A stretch of DNA of 64,000 bases, from NCBI GenBank assembly GCA_021432655.1, contig MU271326.1, forward strand, positions 1 through 64,000, in the 5' to 3' direction. Position numbers and translations under genes: made by a program. The DNA is from Atractiella rhizophila (Eukaryota). Under the pieces are notes generated by a model. The model saw only the letters and a program-made list of their open reading frames with translations, had not been told where the DNA came from and did not search any database. Shown piece after piece: positions 37,514-48,400 of this stretch (position 1 is its first letter; each line of letters begins with the position of its first letter).

Positions 37514-40091
37514 ATGGACACTCCAACTGCGCCGCCACCCGGAACGCAAATAACAAAAGTTCGGCCGATCAGCATGGAAGAAGGTACTGAACACAGACAC
37601 ATCACTCCACCTCCTACTTTTGTTGTCACTGCGCCATCCGAGGCTCCTTCCAACAAGCGGAAGGCAGATGATCCAGGCTTCACCCCGAACAAGCAAGTTG
37701 CAGTCTTTACCCCTGTAGCACGATATCAGCAGCTCACCAGTCGCATCGAGGCTGAATCTCCTCCTATCCTGGTCTCAGGTCTGCACCCAAAGGCGGCCAA
37801 GGGACGTTACCGCGGTCTGGCAGAAAAAGTGAAGTTTCAGAGGCAAGATTGGCAGAATGAACGCACGATCAAAGGCTTTATGCAGCGCCTTTACAAGGTA
37901 AGAATACTTGTCACATGTTGACATAATGAATGTGACGATATCTTCAGGAGCTTTTGCCGGATTCAGATCTTAGATATCATGTAGTGAACAGACCCCTGCA
38001 ATTCTGGGGCAACGTCACCCAAAGGGATTCCCTCAAAATGGACGGAATGGTGACTTCCATCAAATTCAAGCCGAGCCCCGTGTATTCCAGTGCAGTCTGT
38101 GGGGTGGAAGTCAAGACTGGGGAGAAGAGTCAAACCGTGCAGGGGAAAAGGCAACTGGGCCGTGGCGCTGTCTATCCGCTCGTGGCGAGACCTCGCCATT
38201 TTTTCTGGGGTCTCTTAGTCGATGGAGCTCTCGACAAGAAGAAGTACTGCTGGATCGTTAATGCCCATGGAGGCAGATGGCAATCCGATATGCAGGGGTT
38301 AGAAGAGAACTATCAGGAGTTTTTGGAAGGGTTGGCAACTCTCGTGGAAGGAGACGAAAAGGAGACTGGCTTCCTCGATATCTTCGATCACGACAGCAGC
38401 TTGGTTTTCAACTGGAACTTCGCGGCACTGTCCTCCCCAAGAGTCCCTGAGAGCATCCTCGACGGACCAGTCACCGCCATCACAACTAGGATTCAAACTA
38501 GATCTAGAAGGACGTTTGAAAGATTGTCAAGTTGTGGGGACCGGGTTCCGGTCCAACCTTGTTGCAGAGGGGTTATTCCAAAAGTGCTCGATCACGGGGA
38601 GCGGGACACAGGTCTGGGCGTGCAGGTTTGTAGAAGGGACGGGATACGGCATCATCAAGCATGTGTGGCTTGACAAAACTCTCCTCGCAAGGATGAAGGA
38701 CACCGTCGAGCATTTTATCGAGTGGAGACAGAAGCTCGAGGAAGGCTCCTTGGATTGTCAGAGACATTACTGGGAGTGGCTCGAACATGCTCCGCGTGTC
38801 CTGCTTTCATTTCCTGAGTTCTCAACGAGCAAGATATTCGAGAAATGCATGTCCTGGGACGAGAAGAAACAACCGGAGTTTGAGAAGAAGGAGCTAGTCC
38901 CTGTTCTAATATTCCACTCGACTATCGGCCTTCCGCTTGGGGCGGCAACCAACCTTGACGAGGTGCTCAACACATTCATTGGCCTTCTCAGACGTGAGTC
39001 CCCCGCTTTGTCTCGGTACCCGCATCATCTGATGAATTCCTACAGAGTTAGCGACTCTGAATGATCAAGACTTCGTCCATCGCGACGTCTCCTATACGAA
39101 TATTTTCATGCACAAATGGACACCAGAGCAAAAAGAAACCGGCACAACCATCGGTTGGTTAAACGATTTTGATTTCTCTATCAACAACTCTAAGCCAGGG
39201 GACACGGGCTTCGCTGCTGGTGAAAGTGGCCACGACCAAAACGACCATGTTGAGATATCCGTGAGTAATGTCTCAAGCCGCAGTATTTGTTAATGTTTGC
39301 CAAGGGGACGTTTATTTTCCTCTCTCGATGTGCCTTGCAGGCGGTCCTAGACTTCATGTACCCCCAGAGCAACGAGATGGGTGACGACGAGGTCAGCGAC
39401 GAAGGCACGGTCATGGACGACAACAAAGTGAAGGATCAGGATAATGTGGGAGATCATGCCAGTGACACCGAGGACGACACGGCGGAAAATAACAAATCCC
39501 CGGATGTGAAGCCTTCCTCGCAGCCTCCCAAGCTTGCCCGACCTCTGTACCGACAGAACATCATGGACGACGTGGAGTCTGTTCTTTTCTGCATGTTTTA
39601 CTTTTTCTGCCATTTCGTTCCTCAAAAGAGGGGACGAACCGGTCCGTTCCGCAAGCGAACTTGGCACAAGAGGGAGACGTCGATGGCGCAAGACTCCGGA
39701 AAGATCTACAGCAACAAGGACCCATCTTTCATCTTCGGTGTTGAACCTCTTCTTCAGGATGATCCCTATCCGCTTGCAGCTTGGGAGGAAGCCATCAATG
39801 TCGCCCTCGATGCAAAACTGATGCTTCTCTACGACGGGATGTCACAAGAAGATTTCAATAAGAAAGCCGCCGTGCTTTTAGGTGCCTACGACGAGGATTG
39901 GAATTGGAATAGAAAGAAGGTGCTAGCAGTACTCTGGGAAGTCTCTCAACCACTTTGGCTTAATCCCGCAGACATAGGCAAAGCGAATCCTTTTTCCCAC
40001 AGGAAGTGTTCCGAAGGTCGAGGTTTGGGACATGGTTAACAGAATGGTAAATGCGTTGCAACGGGGAAAGAAGAGTTTCAAGAAGAAATAG
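37514..40091 (+). CDS. Fungal-type protein kinase (FunK1/Pkinase_fungal) with N-terminal nuclease-like segment; frameshift near 38495 as assembled
   Basis: SITGSGTQVW, IIKHVW, FVHRDVSYTNI, IGWLNDFDFS, GTFIFLS, DDVESVLF; upstream KMDG...GVEVK; ~50 nt introns. 3' end approximate. Confidence 0.85.
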
Positions 40092-40272
40092 TGTCTGAAA
40101 TGTTGGTTGCAAATAGGACAGAAGATTTCAGTGCAGAACAACATGAGGGCACCTCAGGGTCATCGCTGTGCTCCCAAGGCACGATTTCATCGATGCTTAA
40201 CCCTTCGATACGTGATTGCCTTTCAGAGAATTCTAAGTTATTCCAGTCAGTTCTATCTTGGCCTTGTAGATA

Positions 40273-40764
40273 CAAGTCTGTTTGTACCCTCGTCCCTTGG
40301 CATCACCCCTCCCCCTCCCCCGCCCCACCAGAAGCTTTGCCCCTTAGACCCCAGCCTCTCACGGCCACTGTGTGGAGCTCTTGCCTCTGGTAGCCACTGC
40401 ATGGGGCCATGCCTTTGGTGAGCACAGACTCACCATATATGCATGGGTTTTGGTATGAATCTATATCATTTCATTGTAGGTGAGAGCAGATCGATGGTGA
40501 TCAACTGTGTATCATTACAGAGCCTAGCCGAAGGTTTGAGGTTTTATAATAGGTGGTAGCCTCAATGATATGGGAGAGCAGCTCAGTGATGATCAACTGT
40601 GTATCCTAAGGTAGATTCGTTCCTGTCGGGAGACAAATCGTCGAATAAGCTGATCATTTATCATGTCAACATCAACATTCCAGGCCATAAGGACCATGTG
40701 CTCTTGAAAATATTGCCTCAACTCGGCTGGGTTGACATCTTGTGTTGTGGTGCTCAGTCCAGGG
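40273..40764 (-). mobile_element. Helitron 3' terminal fragment (helicase remnant plus CTTG end)
   Basis: 40605-40760 is an inverted homologue of 55561-55715, and 40435-40475 of 56275-56320; ends CTTG|T. Truncated at a hAT-like TIR TAGGGATGCACAA at 40765. Confidence 0.85.
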
Positions 40765-41299
40765 TAGGGATGCACAATGGGGTGTGGCGTGGCATGTGTA
40801 GGGGGTTGTCAGGGCGGACACAAAGATGTGTGAATGAGACGTGTCAGGTCATGTACTGCAAGGACAATGCTAAGCGGAAATCCTGAGAGAACAAACTAGG
40901 TCTCTCAGAGGCATTGTTCTTGCCTATATACATAAAGGCTGCACAGCTACAAACAATAACTCTAACTCTATCTGAGGTGGGGCGCAAAGGTCATGTGATA
41001 TGTAGGGCAAAAGAGGTGGGGAAACAGAAACACAAATAAAGCAACACAAACATAGATCGAGCCCATGACTCTAAATAGACTAAAATAGGCGATCTTGTAC
41101 TGGACTCGAACCCTTGAAAGCAAGAAAATAGCCACCTCTGTCCTTGCAATTCCACTGCAGCAGCCCTGCAATGAACCAAATTCCGGCGCAGCAGCCATGC
41201 CCAGAATTGCCCTGCATACGATTTTTTTTTAGCACGGTTTGATCTTTTCTCTTTTCTCTTTTCTCAGGTTATGTATCAAAAGTTGGCTTTTGCCATTCA

Positions 41300-43790
41300 T
41301 GAAGGAAGGAAAGGACTAACATGTAAGTGAAATATAGCCTCTTACATGCTTCTAATGGCCAAGTAGGCTCATTATGCCCCATCCCAAGCAAAAAAAAGGG
41401 GCTGAGAAAGGAATTCGTGCCTGGCAGCAGAGGCGAGAAGATAGCCCGTTGATCCACCCCGGCGTTCAGAGAGGCATGCTGCAGGGTTACCTCAGCACTG
41501 TCAGCTTACAACAACCCATGCCTCCTCAACATTTGACGCATGAGATTCGTCAGCAGCAACAAGCATATGCCCTGCAGAGGTAATGCCGGCAACGTCACCA
41601 GCCAGACCCAGAACCATTGGACAGCAATGCAAATAGTGATTCATCTGATAAAGACCCTGAAGAAAATGACCTACACAATGCAAGTATGTACCACCACGGG
41701 ATGAGAGGCAAGACCATCATCCTTTCACTGCGTTCACCTATTCTCCACATACTGTTGAAGCTTTGAAACTTTCTGGCTGGAACACTGTCTTCTGCTCACA
41801 CGGTGGTGTATTTCGTTTGCTAGAGGAAAGGACGTCAGATAGCTCCAAACGAAGACCAGAATTTTCTTATTGCTGTCTCCATGGAAAGGTGGTCTGCCAG
41901 AGGTCCTGCCAGCTTTTGATGACCCTCCTCCAGAACTACTCCAGCTTCTTAATCCTGAAACATCAGAATCAAAACAGTTCTGCGAGACTATACGTTCCTA
42001 TACAATGCTCTTTCCTCTACTTCTCTTGGTGTCAAGCGACCTCCTATTCCAGGTCATGGAGTTTATTCTTTCCGGATCCAAGGAGAGCTTTGTCATCAAA
42101 TTGGGGCACTGCTACCAGGCTCTGATGGTGAGGAGAAATTTGCACAGATCTACATGCTCAATCCATCATACCAGATCCAGCAGAGGTTAGGAGTTGTTGG
42201 AGGAGTAAGTTACAGGAGAATATCCTTATATAAAAAAGCACGACGGGATTTGACCATGACTCACACATGTACTTTTGAGCACTTATATCACCGCCCACTA
42301 CAACCCTTTCAGAATTCTGAGTATACCACCGGAATACACGTGTCAGCGCCTTTTGAACTGTATACAGGCAAACACTATTTGAAACATAAAAAAGCATTGT
42401 TTTCACGACTGAGTCAGGTGACTTCACCCTGAGGGACGAAGAGGACGCTCAGCTAATATTAAAAAAACTTCAAGAGATGATCTGGCATGAAAATCCTGGC
42501 CACATATCTATCAAATTGCAAAGTAGCGAATGCAAGATGCTCCCACATTACAACTGTACCTTCAAACTATTGATCCAAGGCCAAGGACCCTCAGCAATAC
42601 AATAAGCCAACAGGCCATGGGATAGGAGAAATAGCGGTTCTACGCATTGAAGGGGAATCAGGAGCCTCAGCAGGGGTTACAAGAGACATTATAGTCAAAC
42701 TTAGGTGTCCTGATGCTCAGCGGAATTACGACAAAGTCAGCAATCACAATGCCAACTACCTTCCACTGTGTTTTCACTTTTGTTCCCTTATAGTGAGCAA
42801 GGATGGCATGCCTATATTCCCTTATGGGACAAAGATTTGCTTCACCCAGGACCACAGGAGGAATATCGAAACAATGATGGACAAATTGTTAGAAACATGG
42901 GAGAACAGGATCACGTTACTCAAATGAACTACTACTCTTACTTTCTCCATCTCAAAAAGAACACCTTCTCTCTCATTCATCATGGTGGCTGACTCTTTCA
43001 GGAATGTGTTTGTGATGCCTATCCACAAATTGAAAGTGGACGATTGAACTTCCTTTGATTCAATCAAGGATTACTCCGAACAGAGTCTTATGCAGGGCTT
43101 GGTGATGCCTTGGAGGATGGACGAGATCCTATAAATGTTGGTAGGCGAACTATTCTGCCCTCATCATACAGTGGCAGTCCTCAGCAGATGAATTAACAGT
43201 TTCAGGATGCAATGGTGATTGTTGGAAACCAAGGCTCTCCTGCTATCTTTACAACGTTTACCTGCAATCCTCACTGGCCAGAAATAACTGAAGCTTTACT
43301 GCCTGGACAAACCACTACGGACAGACCAGATTTGGTCTCTAGGGTCTTCAGTGTAAAGGTTAAAGACTATATGTGGGAGATCAAAGAGAAGGCAATCTTC
43401 GGGAGGACAGTCAGATTTGTTTGGGTAATTAAGTTTCAGAAATGCGGTCTGCCTCATGCTCATATTCTCATCACAAGATACCATTCGGGACGCTGAAGCT
43501 ATCGATCGTGCTGTATCCGCCGAACTACCAGACAAAGATGCTGACCCCGAGCTTTTCGATATTGTGTATCAGCATATGCTTCATGGACCATGTGGAGACA
43601 CTAATCCAGATAGTCCCTGCATGGTAGAGGATCTGAAAAGGCCAGGCAGAAAGATCTGTAGCAAAGGGTACCGCAAGCCATTTGCTGCAGAGACAGGCAT
43701 CAATGACAATGGATATCCAACTTATTGACGCTGTGATAATGGACGTACGTTTCAGAAAACACCAAATGGATTTATCTACGATAATCATTG
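41300..43790 (+). mobile_element. Degenerate Helitron Rep (HUH initiator) region
   Basis: CCLHGKV, FRIQGELCHQIG, FAQIY, ILPSSYSGSP, FTTFTCNPHWPEI, DRPDLVSRVF, FQKCGLPHAHIL, SAELPD, HMLHGPCG; many stops. 5' boundary approximate. Confidence 0.92.
42223..42456 (+). mobile_element. Diverged mini-Helitron nested in the Helitron Rep gene
   Basis: A|TC...CTAA|T with no TSD; removal restores KLQENILKKLQEMIW; diverged similarity to the 37080 and 59636 copies. Confidence 0.85.
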
Positions 43791-46582
43791 TCTTGATCAG
43801 GAACAGAATCACTCTCAAGAACAAGTGCGAAGCCATCATTGTCAATAAAGACAACCAAGAGGTAGAAGGCATCCTCTGCAAGTGGCGAGTGAGGAATCAT
43901 GAGCAGCAGCAGTTATTCAAGAGACTAAATGCAGTCACACAGCAACTGGTCATCACTCTCATACCAGCTTGGGTTCCTTCAAAAGAAAACAGTGGCAGAC
44001 CAATCCTCAAGAGGCTCCTTCTTCCACCTCAAATTCAAACTCTTTGTCCCAATATCCATTGCACATAAATCTTGCATTGAAATTGATTTGATCAAATCAA
44101 GCCTTTGAGGAGCTAATACAGGATTTTGTCCATTGAGGACATGGTGAAGTGAAGTACAGGCCAACTGAGGGAAGAAGAAGAAGAGAAAGAATGAAAGAGT
44201 GAGTTCATTTTCATTGATGATATGTATTTCAAGAAGACAGTGTTACATCCGGATTAATTAGATCAATTCATTGAGAGCAAGCACAACGTGTAGTCAAGGA
44301 ATCAGAGTTGGTCAGCGTTTAAACTGGTCTAAAAATGGGCAAACTGCTTGCCCATAAGTTGGCCAAAGACCACAAGGTCCAAACAGTTTTGCGCCTCTGT
44401 TTCGGCCAATGGTCAGCCAGAATTGACTCCAACCTACTCTGACCCAAGGGCACATGGGTCTGCTCGGTCAACTGGTCGACCAGTTTTTGCCCACAAGTTG
44501 GTAACCTGGTTGCCCCAGAGGTTTTATACGCCTTGATGAGCTTTCGGTCTTGAATAATCACAAACGGCCTTCCACTTTCCACAATCCACTCTGTTGTTGG
44601 GACTCAAAAAGCTGCTCAACTGAGAGCACGTAGAATATCTGAGCCATTCATCAAGCCACCATCCAAATTGTACTGATGTTCATGATTTCGAAGGTTCATT
44701 GAGGTCATATTGCTGATAGTACGTAGCAGATGTGGATTCCCCGGGGATCTATCCATATGAATTGAAACAGTGAACTATGAGACAAAGAATAGAGAGACTT
44801 TGAAAGACGTACTAGAGAGACTTTGAAAGACGTACTGCAGCAATGGTCTGCGATATATAGTTCCCCTCTTAACGTTTGCTTCTTCTTCCCCTTCTCATCC
44901 TTGTGATTTCTATCCTGAAATGTGTGTAAACTGGCTTTGTCTTCTTAGAGACCCCAAGTTCGCTTTCTACAGCTTAATACCTGGCACCATGAACAAATCA
45001 CACAAGTGGAAGAAAGACTCACGAAATGCCAGCTTGTCATCTGAAAGATCACTATTCAAAGCGAGGTCTGGATCATCATTCTTACTAACTGCCTTCTTTT
45101 TCTTGCAACAGGATGTGAAACTGAGGCTGGAGGCTCTGATGTAGACTGGGAACCGTCTGGTGTGTCGAATTCTAGGTATTATCCGTCTCACCCCTTATGT
45201 ATGACATTGTATAAAGAGAGTTCATCACTACTGGAGGCAGCTTTAGGGAGCACAACATGTTTATAGGTAAGAACAAGCTTACATGGTCCATTTTGCTGGA
45301 AACGCAAGAATCCTAAGCTGAATTATAGGTGGTAAGTCAAATAGTAAACAAGCTAATCTGCAAGTCAAACGAGCTGTAGTGATACTGAGAAAGAGACATG
45401 GATTGGTTGATAGGAGGCTTGCTGCAAGGATGTCGAAGCAGAGGTTTGGATATAGTGATGGAATAAGGCGGTATAACACGGCTAAGTGCGGTTGGCAAAG
45501 CTTCAGCTAGCAGCGGTGAGCTCGAAAATACTGGTTCTAAAACATGAGTTGCATAATATAAGATAACATAACATGGAGACAGGAGCGAAACAGAAGTAAG
45601 CATATCTAAAACACCCAAAGAGTTTACAAACGCTGAGAACAAGCAGTCTAGGCTGTTGGCACAGCCCTCCTATCCTCTAAGAGTCATCAGTTCTTGGCAT
45701 GAGTCATAAAACGCACTTTTGAGCCTTTACACCTCCCTCACCAGGCGCATTGAAATGAATTGAATCATACCATCTTATTGTAACTGCTTGCGCCTTTCTG
45801 AAGTTGCAAGGAAATTTTATTTTATTTTAAAGTCATGAAAAAAGTTGTGTCTTCTGGATTTGAAACAGTGAAGTTGAGAAGGAGATGTACAAAGCCAATA
45901 ATGCAGTGTGCAGCTATGAAGCAGCTACCGATTCCTGAGTAAGGAGTTTACTCTTTCTGGATTCAAGGGGAGCTGTGCCATCGCAGTGGAGCTTTGCTGC
46001 TTGATTCTGATGGAGACGAATTGTTCACACAAATCTACATGCTGGATTCTAAAGAGCAGATTCGACAAAGAGTAGAGACTGTTGGACAGCACAAACTCAA
46101 GGAAGGACTTTGAGGAAGTTGCAAGAAGTGATTTGGCAGGTCAATCCCTAGCCAGAAATTTATAAAACAGCAAGAGAGCACATGGAAGATAATCCGACTT
46201 TGAATCTCCACCTTTGAACTATTGATCCTACTGATCGGGACCTCGATGATACAATAGGCAACAGATCATGGCGCAGGAGAAATTGTAGTGCTTCTTGTAG
46301 GCAAACAGTCAGGAGCTATGGCAGGTATCACAAGGGACATCGTGGTTAAACTTCGACATCCTGATGGTCAGAATTTCTTTGAAAAAGCTAGTGATCAGAA
46401 GGCTCCTCTACACTTCCCACTTTTATTCCTCTACGGCGAGCAAGGTTGCCCCCCAGTTGTGGAGATCTGCTTCAAATGGTCCATGAGGGAATATCGACCA
46501 TATAGTATCTGCCGAATTGCCTGACAAGGATACCTACCTGAATTGTTTGAGATTGTCCGCAATCATATGCTTCATGAACCCT

Positions 46583-46889
46583 TGTCAGGATTCACTTATG
46601 GAGCATGACTCACATTCTGGAATATGTGGCAAATGGTCTAGAAGGTTCTACCAGGCATGTGGCAAATAGGAGGGTTAACAGTGGAATATGCTGGAACATT
46701 CTGAAACTTGTGTCTATCTGTGCATAAATACCTCAGCCAATGGAGTAAGATATCCAGACTGGTCCTCTTAGGATATCCACTCTACTTGGCAGGTTAGTAT
46801 CTCTCTTGTATCGTTGTAATAATACTTAGGATATCCACTTTACTTGGCAGGCCCCTACTCGATAGCCTTGCAGAGTGTCAACCCTAACA
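46583..46889. mobile_element. 307-bp solo LTR in the Helitron
   Basis: TGTCAGG...CCTAACA ends; TSD ACCCT/GCCCT; removal restores HEPYGDSNP (compare HGPCGDTNP in the other Helitron). Confidence 0.8.
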
Positions 46890-47160
46890 GCCCTATGGAG
46901 ATAGCAACCCAGATGCTCCCTGCATGATAGATGATCCTAAAAATCCTGGAAGAAAGATCTGTGGCAAAGGGTTTCAGAAGCCATTCATGGAAAAAACAGG
47001 CATCAACAAGGATGGCTATCCCACATACAGTTGCCATAACAATGGATAAACCTTTCAGAAATCTTTCAGAAATCAAGCATTGGATTTATTTATGACAATT
47101 GTTGGGTCATACCGTTTAATGGTTATGGCCTTCGGCTGTTTACCTGTTTACAGCTCATAT

Positions 47161-47325
47161 TGATGATTCCAAGGGTCTAAAGGAATACATTACAATGAAG
47201 TTATAATGGGCTTTTTATACCTTGAGGAACTTGGCAAAATGAGAGAAACAGCAAAGGGGAAAGAAAACTAGAGCCACAAATGACAGTGGCACGAATGCAG
47301 CTTAAAACGGTGCCAAACTCTGACA
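47161..47325. mobile_element. 165-bp solo LTR in the Helitron
   Basis: TG...CA ends, TSD CATAT; removal restores LFTAHINVE. Confidence 0.88.
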
Positions 47326-47480
47326 CATATCAATGTGGAACTCTGCATCTCCATCAAATCAGTCAAATACCTCTTCAAATACATCTACAAAGAAAATATG
47401 ATTAGGCACAAGCTGGTCTCCGTAGCACCAGAGGTGATGTTAGGTGGTGGATGAGAATTCAAGAGTACTTAGATGCTAGA

Positions 47481-47746
47481 TGTGAGAGAGGGACATACCA
47501 CATGACTCCGTTTTACTTCGTCGTTTTCCTTCCCTTCCCTCGTTTCTCTCGCTTCGTTCATGTTCCTTCCCTTCCCTCGTTTCTCTCGCTTCGTTCATGT
47601 TCCTTCCCTTCCCTCGTTTCTCTCACTTCGTTTCCCTCTCTCTCTCTTGTTCCCCACTCGTCGGCACGTGTACATAGGGTTAGGGCCATCGCCAACCTGA
47701 TTCCCCAGCGTTTCCACCATCTCATTTCGCTGGGGATCAGCTCACA
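47481..47746 (+). mobile_element. Extra solo LTR (266 bp) of the adjacent copia element
   Basis: TGTGAG...CTCACA, preceded by CTAGA; near-identical to the LTRs at 47837 and 54273. Confidence 0.95.
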
Positions 47747-48065
47747 CTAAAATATGATTAGGCACAAGCTGGTCTCCGTAGCACCAGAGGTGATGTTAGG
47801 TGGTGGATGAGAATTCAAGAGTACTTAGATGCTAGATGTGAGAGAGGGACATACCACATGACTCTGTTTTACTTCGTCGTTTTCCTTCCCTTCCCTCGTT
47901 TCTCTCGCTTCGTTCATGTTCCTTCCCTTCCCTCGTTTCTCTCACTTCGTTTCCCTCTCTCTCTCTTGTTCTCCACTCGTCGGCACGTGTACATAGGGTT
48001 AGGGCCATCGCCAACCTGATTCCCCAGCGTTTCCACCATCTCATTTCGCTGGGGATCAGCTCACA

Positions 48066-48079
48066 TGGTAGCGAGAGCC
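48066..48079 (+). promoter_or_regulatory. Primer-binding site (tRNA 3' complement, probably initiator Met)
   Basis: TGGTAGCG... directly after the 5' LTR. Confidence 0.75.
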
Positions 48080-48400
48080 ATCTAGTAGCTATAATACCCA
48101 CGCGTGTCCAGTTTTGGGTTTAACGCCGCCCATTACAAATTTTTGTAACAACAAATCTGACCTTGTCAACATCATATGTCTTGATACCTCACACCTTCTG
48201 ACGATAGAGACTCACCGCCACATATTCCTTCTTGACCTCTGTCTCCAACACCATCGCATACTACCGAACCTTTAATTAAATCCTCTCCTCCGATTTCTTT
48301 CCATAGCGCCGACATGGAGCTTTCTTCCACCTCCCCAGGGTTGATCATCGATGGAGTACCATCTATCGTACACGTGGGATTCAAGAGCTGGTGGAGGCGA

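Noticed and set aside
43790..45660. Fragments, a 23-bp tandem duplication (~44791-44836) and repeated GCCCAyAAGTTGG motifs
   Set aside because: Likely TE debris, but ends and family could not be defined.
46881..46885. Alternative LTR end at 46880 with perfect ACCCT TSD
   Set aside because: Ending at 46889 gives inverted termini and restores the Helitron frame; 46880 does not.
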